Part shown: in pieces, positions 8,326-18,127 of the stretch
How positions within the stretch are numbered: the first letter of the stretch is position 1
Layout: each line of letters opens with the position of its first letter
Source: Candidatus Micrarchaeota archaeon
GTDB lineage: Archaea; Micrarchaeota; Micrarchaeia; Micrarchaeales; CABMGC01
NCBI GenBank assembly: GCA_021850705.1
Contig: JAJZKU010000002.1
Location: 2,825 to 66,824, forward strand
Length of the DNA: 64,000 bases
Reading direction: 5' to 3'
The notes under the pieces: generated by a model
Database searches by the model: none
The model's input: only the letters and a program-made list of their open reading frames with translations
What the model was told of the DNA's origin: nothing
Translations under genes and position numbers: made by a program

Positions 8326-8676
8326 TCAGCCAGACAGTATGCCTGCTATTCCCCCATAAAGGCTGTACGCTTTCACTCCGTTTTCTGCAAGAGCATCTGC
8401 AAGTACCCTGGAAGTATTGCCATGCTGGCACACTATTACCGCCTCTTCAAACTTGCCTGCTACCTTCTTTATCTCGTCTTCCTCTCCATAATGCATATGG
8501 ACTATACGGAAGTCGTTTATGTCTATTATCTCTACCTTCTCCTCGTCAATGCCAAAGGTCTCACTTAAAAGCTGTACCTCAGAATAGTTTGACTCAAACA
8601 GCATTACCTTTTTCCCTTCTGCAACAAGCTTCTTTGCCTCTTCAATATCTATCTCAAAGTCATGTTCAGTTTTCAT
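8326..8676 (-). CDS. rhodanese-domain sulfurtransferase-like protein
   Basis: Active-site loop CQHGNTS followed by ...YSLYGGIAG. Confidence 0.75.
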   Translation of the reverse strand: MKTEHDFEIDIEEAKKLVAEGKKVMLFESNYSEVQLLSETFGIDEEKVEIIDINDFRIVHMHYGEEDEIKKVAGKFEEAVIVCQHGNTSRVLADALAENGVKAYSLYGGIAGILSG

Positions 8677-8771
8677 GAATCAGATTATGAGTATCATCAT
8701 ATTAAAATTAGTATGTTTAATCTCCAGGAGCTTCAAAAAAGCAACAAATTAAGCACAAGGTATCAGATAAA

Positions 8772-9983
8772 TTACTTGAGTCTTCTCAGCATCTCTTCAT
8801 ACTTGTCCAGCATCCGCTTCTCTGTAAAACGCTTTGATATTCCTAAGGATTCCTTCTGCAGTTCATGCCACCACTTACTGTCAGAATAAAGTTTCTCTAT
8901 AAGCTCTGCAAGTTCATGAGGATTATTCTCATCAAAAGCAGGCACGGTCTGCTTTCCTTCTTTGTTGAGATCGCTTACATAGGCGCTCTTGGAGAGTGCC
9001 ATTGGCAGGGCATGAGCAGCAGCTTCTAATACGGTTAATGCAAATCCCTCCCAGTGAGAAGGAAGAACAAAGAGTGAAGCTATGTTATAAACTGAGTTAA
9101 GTTCCTTATCTCCCATAACTCCGGCAAAAATTATTCGCGTATCATCAGCAGCTATCTCCTTGTACATCTCCATAGAAGGCCCATCTCCCACTATAAGCAA
9201 CTTCATATCCTCTCCTTCTATCTCTTTGAATGCCTTTATCAGTACTGACACGTTCTTCTGCCTCTCAAATAGCCTGCCTATGTATACTATTGTAAAGTCA
9301 TCCTTCCTTATTCCGAACTCTCTCCTCAATCTCTCCTCTGTCTTAGGATCCTTGTAAGCTTTTACGTCAGAACCATTTACTATTATCGATACCTTGTCTG
9401 TAATCCTGCTTATCTCATGATAATGCCTGTCATTGAGTGCCACATTCATGTCAAAGAAGGAGAAGAAATGCCTTCTCTTTCTCGCAAGGCTTGCGCCTAT
9501 TCTTCCTGTGCCCATACTAAGTGGTATGCCCTCCTTTGAGAAATACTTCATTGCAGTTGTTGAAGCGCTTCCATGATCGATGTAGACGGATTTGAAATTC
9601 AGCCCCATCTTTCTTAAGTACGATACCAGTGGAAAATCAGATATCGCATTTGCTATTATCACATCCGGATTTATTTTCTTAACCTTGTTAAATATCTCAT
9701 CCTTTTCAGCACCCAATCCCTTCATCCTTCTGACATATGCTGCGCTGTATGCTGCACGCACAATCCTCATTTCACTTAACCTGCTCTTCCTCGCTTCCAG
9801 TGCCTTACCTGTTCTCTTCAATATAATTCCATTCTTTTTATTGTCCATGTATAGGGTTTCATATCCCAAGTAGTATGTCTGCATCTTCCGCCTGCGAAGT
9901 CCGTCATAAAGCATCCTGACTACTCTCGACTGTCCTCCAGTCATATTGTGTTTTGACCCTGTGTCTACGAGAAGTATCTTCAT
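8772..9983 (-). CDS. glycosyltransferase, GT4 family (Glycos_transf_1)
   Basis: LPSHWEGFALTVLEAAAHALP motif (E-x7-E region). Confidence 0.85.
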   Translation of the reverse strand: MKILLVDTGSKHNMTGGQSRVVRMLYDGLRRRKMQTYYLGYETLYMDNKKNGIILKRTGKALEARKSRLSEMRIVRAAYSAAYVRRMKGLGAEKDEIFNKVKKINPDVIIANAISDFPLVSYLRKMGLNFKSVYIDHGSASTTAMKYFSKEGIPLSMGTGRIGASLARKRRHFFSFFDMNVALNDRHYHEISRITDKVSIIVNGSDVKAYKDPKTEERLRREFGIRKDDFTIVYIGRLFERQKNVSVLIKAFKEIEGEDMKLLIVGDGPSMEMYKEIAADDTRIIFAGVMGDKELNSVYNIASLFVLPSHWEGFALTVLEAAAHALPMALSKSAYVSDLNKEGKQTVPAFDENNPHELAELIEKLYSDSKWWHELQKESLGISKRFTEKRMLDKYEEMLRRLK

Positions 9984-11464
9984 CTGGAAGCACCAAAATT
10001 CTTCATAATAAAACTTTTTACTTCTGTAACAGAACTTACCTCTTGGCTATCAATTTTTGGATATGTGCCAAAGATGCCCTCTCTTATATGGTCTCCGCTC
10101 TTTGCATCTTCCGGATCCATGAACATGCTCTCCTTTGAAAAGTTGAATATGTCTATAGTGTGGCCTTTCTGCGCTTCTATAAGAAGGTCTGGAGCGATGA
10201 ATTTCTTGGTGCTATTGTAATAATCCTTACCGTCAAACATGTTCACGAACATCCTCTTTCCGTCCGAAGTCTTTACCATGGAAAGGTCTTCCTTCAACTT
10301 CATAATCAGTCTCTCCTTGCCGCTTTTTACAACCGGCGTTGCAAACCTTGAATCATTTATCCATATTGAGGCTACAGGATCATTTGATATGGCTGCGAAT
10401 ACCTTTGTCTTCTTCATATCAAAGTCAAAAAGATGCATTCTGGTGTAATCTGCAGCTGCAGCTCCGGTAAATACTGTGCTGAAGACCTTGTATGCTGCGC
10501 GTTTCATATGGTAAGGCATCCTGTCATAAGTGCTTCTCAGCCCGCTTTTCATTATGCGCTCTCGCATGGCATATCCTGCAGGCATCTTATTATCACTGCC
10601 TTTCATGAAGTCCTTTTTTACCTTCTCCTTGAGAAACAGATAACCATTTTGCATCAGCCAGTTATTAAGAAGGAATTTCTTCCTTATCGGTTGTGCTCCG
10701 TGGTCCGAGACTATAACTAGCCTGCCTCCATCATTGTCTATAAGCTGCATAACGTGTGCAATATATTTTGATATCTCAGAGTAGACAGGCAACAGGTATT
10801 CCTTCCAATCCTTCTTGTTCATAACGAAGTGCTGCAGTCTGTCTGTCTCAGTGAAGCAGACGTAAGAAAATCCATACCTCTTGTTCTTCATCATGCTAAT
10901 GGCTATATCTGAACGTGAACTAACGCTCTTTGCGAATATCTTTGAGGCCTCTTTCACATCCATCTTTCCTGCCTTTATCTCCTTCTCTATGTTGGGTTCT
11001 CCGTCAAACGAGTGCTTATTCATCAGCTCTTCAAGCTCCTTGCTGTTTGTCCTTGCCTGGAGAGGAAATCCTGTTATCATGTCGACATTTCCATAATCAG
11101 GAAGTGTTATGTCAGTAGCAGGCGTTATAACAAGGCATCTAATTCCTTTATGCGCAAGTTCCTTCCAGAATGGTGGAACTGCAGACGAATCATAATAGAC
11201 TATGTCTGGAGTATAGCTCTTTTTCATCACAAAGAAATCAGGAACACCGTGATCCTTAGGCTCAAGCCCTGTGTATATGCTTGGCCATGCCGGTCCCGTC
11301 ATAGGCGGAAGTGTAGATTCCATATTGTTTATGCAGCTACCGGAAAGGAGCTTCCTGAACGCCTGCATACCTTTCTCATCTTTAAGCTCCTCTAGTACCC
11401 AGAGTGGCACAGAGTCCATCCCTACCATGTAAAGCGGCTTTCTCTTCGATTCTGCCTTCTTCAA
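9980..11464 (-). CDS. type I phosphodiesterase / nucleotide pyrophosphatase family (alkaline-phosphatase superfamily)
   Basis: GMDSVP..., LPPMTGPAWPSIYTGLEPKDHGV and VIVSDHG motifs. A 4-nt overlap with the downstream GT4 gene suggests an operon. Confidence 0.75.
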   Translation of the reverse strand: MKKAESKRKPLYMVGMDSVPLWVLEELKDEKGMQAFRKLLSGSCINNMESTLPPMTGPAWPSIYTGLEPKDHGVPDFFVMKKSYTPDIVYYDSSAVPPFWKELAHKGIRCLVITPATDITLPDYGNVDMITGFPLQARTNSKELEELMNKHSFDGEPNIEKEIKAGKMDVKEASKIFAKSVSSRSDIAISMMKNKRYGFSYVCFTETDRLQHFVMNKKDWKEYLLPVYSEISKYIAHVMQLIDNDGGRLVIVSDHGAQPIRKKFLLNNWLMQNGYLFLKEKVKKDFMKGSDNKMPAGYAMRERIMKSGLRSTYDRMPYHMKRAAYKVFSTVFTGAAAADYTRMHLFDFDMKKTKVFAAISNDPVASIWINDSRFATPVVKSGKERLIMKLKEDLSMVKTSDGKRMFVNMFDGKDYYNSTKKFIAPDLLIEAQKGHTIDIFNFSKESMFMDPEDAKSGDHIREGIFGTYPKIDSQEVSSVTEVKSFIMKNFGASR

Positions 11465-11556
11465 TAAATCACTGATAGACTTAGTATATAGAATTACGAA
11501 ATTAAGATACGTTTAATATTATTAAAGAGTGTTCTTAAAGATAATGCATATGCCAA

Positions 11557-12210
11557 TTGGGTAATCTGATGAAAAAACCTGCTCCTGATGTAAAGAGGGT
11601 TCTGAACATACTTAAGTCAAGGTATGGTGAGAGCCCACATACGCAGTTAAAGCACAGGAATAATACTGACCTCTTTGTAGCTGTCCTTCTCTCACCCCAA
11701 TGCACGGACAAGCAGACCAACGCAGTTACAGAAAGGCTATTCAAAAAATACAGAACATTTGATGATTATGCAAATGCTGAGATAAAAAGACTGAGTACAG
11801 ATCTCAGCGGATTGAATTATTATAGGACAAAGGCAAGAAACCTGAAAGCATCTGCGCAGACGATAAAGAGCAGATTCGGTGGAAAGGTCCCGAGAAGTAT
11901 GGATGAGCTCATGGAGCTTCCTGGAGTGGGAAGGAAGGTCGCAAACGTGATGCTCAACGAGGGATTTGGAATATATGAAGGCATAGCCGTTGATACGCAC
12001 TGCGCAGTAGTATCAAGAAGGCTTGGGTATAGCAGGCACAGGGATCCTAAGAAAATAGAGCAGGACCTTCTGAGGAAGATTCCGGAAAAGGAATGGGGAG
12101 TAGTGTCAAATCTTTTCATAGAATTAGGCAGAGACACATGCAAAGCAGCAAGGAAGGAATGCAAAAGGTGCGTACTCAAAGACATATGTCCAAGCAGCAG
12201 CGTTTCATGA
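11557..12210 (+). CDS. nth: endonuclease III (DNA glycosylase/AP lyase)
   Basis: HhH-GPD motif LPGVGRKVANVML and C-terminal 4Fe-4S motif CKAARKECKRCVLKDIC. Confidence 0.9.
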   Translation: MGNLMKKPAPDVKRVLNILKSRYGESPHTQLKHRNNTDLFVAVLLSPQCTDKQTNAVTERLFKKYRTFDDYANAEIKRLSTDLSGLNYYRTKARNLKASAQTIKSRFGGKVPRSMDELMELPGVGRKVANVMLNEGFGIYEGIAVDTHCAVVSRRLGYSRHRDPKKIEQDLLRKIPEKEWGVVSNLFIELGRDTCKAARKECKRCVLKDICPSSSVS

Positions 12211-12276
12211 ATTCACACCTGCCGAACTCAGAGGATACGCTTATATATTACTAAAATCACCCAATAATCGTATACT

Positions 12277-12771
12277 ATGACAACCACTCAGAAAATTAAT
12301 GGCAAGAAGCTTAACGGATATTCATCTGACAGATCATTTATTGGAACAGAGGTCCTTATTCTTAGAAAAACAGATCACGAAAGTGCAGCAGCAAGTATAA
12401 TTGCTGAAAGCGAAAAACGAAAAGATACATGGCGTAAAGAGGTAGAGACTCCTGAACGTGCTGAGAACGAAAAGAGGTTTACGGACAAAGTACTCGATGC
12501 AATAGAATGTGATTCACAAGTAAAGGAAACGCTGATGTCTGTCTTTGATGACAAGATAATAAGGCGTGAGATTCAGGAGAGAGTTAGTGTAGGGCTTGCA
12601 TGTTGTTCAAGGGATAAAGAGAGTGCCAGCATATGGAAAATGTACATACTTACATACGGCAGGGTATCTGAACATGAAAAACAACAGTATGAAAATGAGA
12701 TAGTAAAAGTGATCATAAATGATATCCACTGCTACGCTAACAATATTATAAAAAGGTATAAACGTCCCTAG
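12277..12771 (+). CDS. hypothetical protein
   Basis: ORF track only; no recognisable motif. Confidence 0.45.
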   Translation: MTTTQKINGKKLNGYSSDRSFIGTEVLILRKTDHESAAASIIAESEKRKDTWRKEVETPERAENEKRFTDKVLDAIECDSQVKETLMSVFDDKIIRREIQERVSVGLACCSRDKESASIWKMYILTYGRVSEHEKQQYENEIVKVIINDIHCYANNIIKRYKRP

Positions 12772-12814
12772 CTAATCTATCATCCAGGGATATCTTGGGA
12801 TTAAAAAGAGGTCT

Positions 12815-13921
12815 TCACGGCAGGAAGTCCTTGTTCTTTATCTTCTCCTTTATGTAATCCTGGACAAATGTAAGTCTTGGGCCCTGCAGCGCGTCAGATT
12901 CGAGTTTTAGCTTCAGCTTTATCACCTTCTTCAACTCATCGGACCATTGTTCATGCACATTGATCCACTGGTAAGAAAGCATATCCTGTGCCCTTTTAAG
13001 ATCCACGTCTGTTGCTTTCAGAGTAAGATTCTTTAGAAAGTCGTACTTTTCTATATCTGATATGGTGACACCTATAAATCTCGCTTCAGGAGTCGCAATC
13101 GTATCGCCCATATATGCCAGATTAATGCTCCCTGTCTTTATCGTCCAGTATATATACCATCCCCACGCGTCTGCGTCGTTTAGCACATAGACCGGGAACT
13201 TCATATCTGCAAATTTCCTTATCAGCCTTCTTGTACCTCTCGAAGCCTGCCCTTCAGACGACATCAATATGCATCCCTCCTTTTTCCATATTCCGTCCTC
13301 GTTAAGCCTCTGCCACAGTGCCTGCTTCTCCACAACGAGTACGTATTTGGCCTTTACGTCTGCAAACTCGATATCGTTGTCTACATCGCTCGGTATCGCC
13401 CATCCGCTCCTGCCCATCTTGCTCGCATCTATCTCCTGTCTTTCACCTCCAAAGCTGTCTATTATCTTCATCTTCCCTGCGAGCAGTCCCTTCCTGTTGG
13501 TATTAAGATTAAGGTCCTCCCTTTTCAGATCCAATGCAACTTCCAGATCCTCAACAAGGGGGTTTGATTCAGCCTGTTCATTGAATATATTCTCGTCTAT
13601 ATCCTCTCCAAGCGAATGCTTCAGCTGATAATAAAGCCCTCTTATAGATGTATGCAGGTTCTCCTTTACGAACCTATGGCATTTTGATGCTATTGCAACG
13701 GTCTGCATGAACTTCTTGGACTGCGAGATGTTTACGAAATCCCTCTCTTCCTTCGCCTTGCCAAGTTTGAGATATCCTACCTTGGGATCAAAGTTTATAT
13801 TGGACCTGGTCCTTGTAGCTGTCACGAACTTGGGATTCTTTCCCTGCTTTATTTCCTTTACTATCTTTTCGCCAAGCTCCTCTAACTTCTTCTTTGATCC
13901 TTCTTCGGTCGCCATATTCAA
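12815..13921 (-). CDS. top6A: DNA topoisomerase VI subunit A (Spo11 family)
   Basis: YYQLKHSL (catalytic Tyr region), VLVVEKQALWQRL and Toprim DADAWGWYI motifs. Confidence 0.9.
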   Translation of the reverse strand: MNMATEEGSKKKLEELGEKIVKEIKQGKNPKFVTATRTRSNINFDPKVGYLKLGKAKEERDFVNISQSKKFMQTVAIASKCHRFVKENLHTSIRGLYYQLKHSLGEDIDENIFNEQAESNPLVEDLEVALDLKREDLNLNTNRKGLLAGKMKIIDSFGGERQEIDASKMGRSGWAIPSDVDNDIEFADVKAKYVLVVEKQALWQRLNEDGIWKKEGCILMSSEGQASRGTRRLIRKFADMKFPVYVLNDADAWGWYIYWTIKTGSINLAYMGDTIATPEARFIGVTISDIEKYDFLKNLTLKATDVDLKRAQDMLSYQWINVHEQWSDELKKVIKLKLKLESDALQGPRLTFVQDYIKEKIKNKDFLP

Positions 13922-13922
13922 A

Positions 13923-15908
13923 TCACACTTCTAACGGTTCTCTCTCCAATCTGTCCGTCTCTATATACTTCCTCAGCTTGCTTATCATCTCGTCTCTGCG
14001 CTTGCTCTTCTTCAGCGCATACTGGAGAACATCCGCGATATTCTTTACAGGTATTATCTTTATCTTATTGAGGCTCTTCTTATCTATATTAACGTCACCC
14101 GCATTGTTCTGAGGTATAAGGACACACTTCATCCCTGCATTTATTGCAGCACTGACCTTGTTTGATATGCCTCCTACAGGCAGGACATCCCCTCTTACCG
14201 ACAGGGACCCTGTCATTGCAATCTCCTGGGATACAGGTATGCCTTCCAAAGCAGAGATGACAGCCACTGCTATTGAGATGCTTGCACTGTCTCCTTCAAC
14301 ACCTTCATACGTCTGCACGAACTGTACGTGAATGTCATAGCTTGCCATATCCCTGTTCATGTGCCTCTTTATGAGTGCGCCTGTGTTCTTCACCGCCTCT
14401 CTTGCTATCGTGCCTAGTTTACCAGTAGGTATAAGCTTACCCTCGGTCCTTGAGCTTGCCTTTGTCACCTCTGCAACTATCGGTAGAACAATTCCTGAAG
14501 AGAGATAAGATGATCCTACTATTGCAAGTCCGTTCACTCTGCCAATCGCATAACCAGTACTTCTGAATATCTGGTAATCTTTTCTGTACTCCAGAGACTG
14601 CTCAACGAACTGAGCTTCCAGAGGTTTTGTAACCTTGAAGCTTTCCATGACATCCTCTTCTGTAACAATCTTCCTGCCTTTCTCCCTTGCTATGTCTCCT
14701 GCAGCCCTTATTATGCCGCCGAGGTCCCTGAGTATGAGCGTGAGCCTATTCTTCCTGCCGCTCCTTCTCTTTGCCTCATCTATTATCGTCATGCACGCCC
14801 CGTAGCTGAAAGGAGGTATCTTGCCATCCTTCTTTATTTCCTGTGCTATGAACCTTACAAGTTCATCCCTGTTCTTTTCCGTATCGGGCATCGTGTCTTC
14901 CATGTATACTTCGTATCCATAACCGCGTATTCTTGATCTCAAGGCAGGATGCATCTTGGGAACATCCTGAAGGTTTCCTGCTGCTACTAGAAGGAAGTCG
15001 CATGGTACCGGTTCGGTCCTTACCATAGCCCCTGAACTGAGTTCGCTCTGTCCTGTTATAGCATACTTCTTCTCCTGCATTGCAGTAAGAAGCTCCTGCT
15101 GGCTCTTAGCTTCGAGATTTGAAACTTCGTCTATGAAGAGAACGCCTTTGCTTGCCTTGTGAACAGCGCCGCTGTCCACTCTCATATGCGGAGGCGTTCC
15201 CAGGCCTCCCGATTGCAGCGGATCGTGCTTGACATCGCCGAAGAGCGCACCTGCCCTCGCTCCAGTAGCTTCTATGAATGGAGCATGTACAAGTCCTGTA
15301 TTATCGACTATAAGCTTTGGTTCATTTGTATCGAACATTCCGGGAAGCACTCCTGCACCTGCACGTCTGAATGTGCCTACGAAGAGTGCAGCCGCACCGA
15401 ATACAAGCACTCCGAGCATGATTGCACCGAGGAATATTATCTGTGAGTTGTTGAGTATGTTAAGGAATGTGGCTATTATCGCAATGACTACAAGCACTAT
15501 GAGTATCGGCACTATCCAGTTCCTCTGCTTGCCCATGTCCACTTTTCCTGCCATCTTCTCCTTCTGCACTATCTGCCTACCCTGCCCGTCTCCAAGTGGC
15601 TTTCCGCTGGCAAGAATCTCCTTCGCATTAGGGTATGTCTTTACTACCTTTATCAAAGGCTTATTGTCATCATTCACGTTCTTATACGCGAGCACATCCT
15701 CAAGGTCTGCTGCGGGAAGAAGTTCTGCCATGGCCTGTGCCAGCAGCGTCTTTCCCGTTCCAGGAGAGCCTATCAGAAGCACATTCCTGTGCTGTTTTGC
15801 TGCCTTTTTTATTATCGCAGTAGCCTTTTCCTGTCCTATTATCTGGTCTATGAGCTTATCCGGAATCTTTATTTCATCGGTGCTCTTGAACTTTTTCATA
15901 AGAATCAT
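13923..15908 (-). CDS. lon: archaeal membrane-bound Lon protease (LonB)
   Basis: Walker [14 protein letters not shown], two TM helices inserted in the AAA+ module, and a C-terminal Lon protease domain ([16 protein letters not shown]). Confidence 0.92.
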   Translation of the reverse strand: MILMKKFKSTDEIKIPDKLIDQIIGQEKATAIIKKAAKQHRNVLLIGSPGTGKTLLAQAMAELLPAADLEDVLAYKNVNDDNKPLIKVVKTYPNAKEILASGKPLGDGQGRQIVQKEKMAGKVDMGKQRNWIVPILIVLVVIAIIATFLNILNNSQIIFLGAIMLGVLVFGAAALFVGTFRRAGAGVLPGMFDTNEPKLIVDNTGLVHAPFIEATGARAGALFGDVKHDPLQSGGLGTPPHMRVDSGAVHKASKGVLFIDEVSNLEAKSQQELLTAMQEKKYAITGQSELSSGAMVRTEPVPCDFLLVAAGNLQDVPKMHPALRSRIRGYGYEVYMEDTMPDTEKNRDELVRFIAQEIKKDGKIPPFSYGACMTIIDEAKRRSGRKNRLTLILRDLGGIIRAAGDIAREKGRKIVTEEDVMESFKVTKPLEAQFVEQSLEYRKDYQIFRSTGYAIGRVNGLAIVGSSYLSSGIVLPIVAEVTKASSRTEGKLIPTGKLGTIAREAVKNTGALIKRHMNRDMASYDIHVQFVQTYEGVEGDSASISIAVAVISALEGIPVSQEIAMTGSLSVRGDVLPVGGISNKVSAAINAGMKCVLIPQNNAGDVNIDKKSLNKIKIIPVKNIADVLQYALKKSKRRDEMISKLRKYIETDRLEREPLEV

Positions 15909-15940
15909 CTAAAATTCGACACTAGATATTCTTTATGCAT

Positions 15941-15950
15941 ATTTATAAAT
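15941..15950. promoter_or_regulatory. palindromic TATA element ATTTATAAAT shared by divergent lon and mazG-like genes
   Basis: Perfect palindrome between divergent starts (lon ATG at 15908; mazG-like ATG at 15964 or 15982). Confidence 0.4.
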
Positions 15951-15963
15951 ATCTCTCCTTAAA

Positions 15964-16302
15964 ATGCAAAGTAGTGGTCAAATGGATTTCGAAGAGTATC
16001 AACGCGAAGCTAACAAGACGGCAGTCTACCCTAAGAACCTTGATGGTGCATTCTTCTACCCTTCAATAGGATTGGCGGGAGAGGTAGGAGAGCTTCTTAA
16101 CAAGATAAAGAAGATCGCAAGGGATAACCATGAGATTGACAGGGAGAATCTTAAGGGGGAGATAGGAGACATACTCTGGTACCTAGCACAACTCTCAACA
16201 GAGCTTGGAATAGATTTCGAGGATGTTGCACTGCATAATCTGGAGAAACTTAAGAGCAGGCAAGAGAGGGGAAAGATATCAGGCAGCGGGGATAATAGAT
16301 AG
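15964..16302 (+). CDS. MazG-like nucleotide pyrophosphohydrolase
   Basis: GLAGEVGELLNKIKK ... EIGDILWYLAQL motifs (EExxE/D). The TATA spacing favours the second ATG (15982, MDFEEYQ...) as the real start. Confidence 0.85.
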   Translation: MQSSGQMDFEEYQREANKTAVYPKNLDGAFFYPSIGLAGEVGELLNKIKKIARDNHEIDRENLKGEIGDILWYLAQLSTELGIDFEDVALHNLEKLKSRQERGKISGSGDNR

Positions 16303-16304
16303 CC

Positions 16305-17132
16305 TCAGGATTTAACAAATCTCTTGTAGAAGACTACGGGCAGGAAGCCAACGACACCTACTACAAAAGATTCTAGCAGTACTGTAAGTATGATTGAGAC
16401 GATGCCTCCGAGTATTGGATTTACTACAGAGAATCCAATTGAAAAAATCTCAGTTATTGCATACGCCACTACATACGCTATTCCTGAAAGTATCAGTAAT
16501 CCTATTATGCTCCAGAAATATTTCCTTGCAACTCCAAAGCTCTTCTTTACTGCTGTGATTCCGCTGCTTCCATCAAGCATTGCGAGAGGCACAGCCATAA
16601 AGAACAGATTTCCTAATATAGCTGCAACCACGATAAATACGAGTGCAGTTATGCCCAAGGTTGACAGGAAAAGCAACGGATGTGAGATTACTCCAGAACC
16701 AGCTCTGTTTGATAAGATATACAGCAAATCAGGCGTTATGATTATGCCTAATACAATCACAATCGCAACTGTCTGTATTACTGATGTCCATAGCATCTTT
16801 CTGTAAACTCTTTCTGAATCCTTGAATGCCTTATCCAGAGTTGTCTTACTATTCCTTTTCATTCCCTGTATTGCAAGCGAATAGTATACCCCATTCCATA
16901 TCGGGCTTATCAGAATCGCTATTATAAATACTACTAAAACTATCGGTATAGCTGCCACAGGTGAAGTAATGCCAGAAACTGCTCCTAGAACTGCGCCTGC
17001 CGTAAGGAGAACTAAGAGAATTCCCAATACTACAAATATAACGAGAATGAGTACGTACAATCCAAGAAGCTTAAGATAGTTCTTCTTTGCAATATACATG
17101 CTCTCTCTGAAGACATTAATTATACTGGCCAC
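16305..17132 (-). CDS. multi-pass membrane protein, tandem paralog 1 (DUF975 / GDPD-membrane-domain-like)
   Basis: Multiple predicted TM segments. It shares long identical blocks with the neighbouring gene (AVPLAMLDGSSGITAVKKSFGVARKYFWSIIGLLILS). Confidence 0.7.
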   Translation of the reverse strand: MASIINVFRESMYIAKKNYLKLLGLYVLILVIFVVLGILLVLLTAGAVLGAVSGITSPVAAIPIVLVVFIIAILISPIWNGVYYSLAIQGMKRNSKTTLDKAFKDSERVYRKMLWTSVIQTVAIVIVLGIIITPDLLYILSNRAGSGVISHPLLFLSTLGITALVFIVVAAILGNLFFMAVPLAMLDGSSGITAVKKSFGVARKYFWSIIGLLILSGIAYVVAYAITEIFSIGFSVVNPILGGIVSIILTVLLESFVVGVVGFLPVVFYKRFVKS

Positions 17133-17235
17133 GGATTAATATAATAAGAAACATTTAAAAGCAATGTAATCCGGAGAAGCTGAAGAGCATTGCTGAAGAG
17201 GTAAAAATACCTAGACAGTTGGATAATAGATAGCT

Positions 17236-18069
17236 TCAGGATTTAACAAATCTCTTGTAGAAGACTACGGGCAGGAAGATGACTACACCTGCTACAAAAG
17301 AGTCCAGCAGTACTGTGAGTATTAACGAAACGATACTTCCCAGTACTGGATTTACTAAAGAGAATATAACTGAGAAAATCAAAGTTATTACATACACTAT
17401 TATGTACGCTATTATTGAAAGTATCAATAAGCCTATTATGCTCCAGAAATATTTCCTTGCAACTCCAAAGCTCTTCTTTACTGCTGTGATTCCACTGCTC
17501 CCATCAAGCATTGCTAGTGGAACAGCTATAAAGAACAAATCTCCCAATATTACTGAAACCACAAAAACTACAATTGCAGTTATAACCAGGGGTAAAATGG
17601 AAGATCCTGAATTTGAAACCCCTGGGGAACCGTATATACTTGATATGGCCTGCTGAACTCCACCTAATGATACTATAGATACGCCTATAATTATGCCTAA
17701 TACAATTACAATTACCACTGCCTGTATTATGGCTGTCCACAGTATCTTTCTGTAAACTCTTTTGGAATCATCAAATGCCTTACCTAAATCTGTATTACTA
17801 TTCTTTTGCATTCCCTGTATTGCAAGTGAATAATACATCCCATAAAATATCGGGCTTATCAGAAGCGCTATGATGGATATTATGATAAGTACAGGTATAA
17901 ATGAAAGAGAGGGAACTGCTCCTAAAGCAGCACCAAATACAGAAAAAAGTACAATAACTCCTAATATTGCGTATGCGATAAGAATGAGTACGTACAGTCC
18001 AAGAAGCTTAAGATAGTTCTTCTTTGCAATATCCATGCTCTCTTTGAAGACATTAACTATGCCGGCCAC
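17236..18069 (-). CDS. multi-pass membrane protein, tandem paralog 2
   Basis: Same architecture as 16305..17132, with identical N- and C-proximal blocks. Confidence 0.7.
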   Translation of the reverse strand: MAGIVNVFKESMDIAKKNYLKLLGLYVLILIAYAILGVIVLFSVFGAALGAVPSLSFIPVLIIISIIALLISPIFYGMYYSLAIQGMQKNSNTDLGKAFDDSKRVYRKILWTAIIQAVVIVIVLGIIIGVSIVSLGGVQQAISSIYGSPGVSNSGSSILPLVITAIVVFVVSVILGDLFFIAVPLAMLDGSSGITAVKKSFGVARKYFWSIIGLLILSIIAYIIVYVITLIFSVIFSLVNPVLGSIVSLILTVLLDSFVAGVVIFLPVVFYKRFVKS

Positions 18070-18127
18070 GGATTAATATAATAAGAAACATTTAAAAACA
18101 TTAGTAATACGGAGAAAATGCTTCATG

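Larger units (their letters stand above)
16289..18115. repeat. tandem duplication, period 932 bp, two copies with mosaic conservation
   Basis: GGATAATAGATAG(C/T)(C/T)TCAGGATTTAACAAATCTCTTGTAGAAGACTACGGGCAGGAAG occurs at 16289 and 17221. ACGGATTAATATAATAAGAAACATTTAAAA occurs at 17131 and 18068. The first 14 nt of each unit correspond to the 3' end of the mazG-like ORF. Confidence 0.85.

Noticed and set aside
8231-8568. Short ORFs 8231..8431 (minus) and 8302..8568 (plus)
   Set aside because: They overlap the DUF192-like and rhodanese genes in other frames or on the other strand and have no supporting motifs.
15229-15912. 227-aa plus-strand ORF
   Set aside because: Antisense to lonB, whose Walker A, TM insert and protease motifs are unambiguous.
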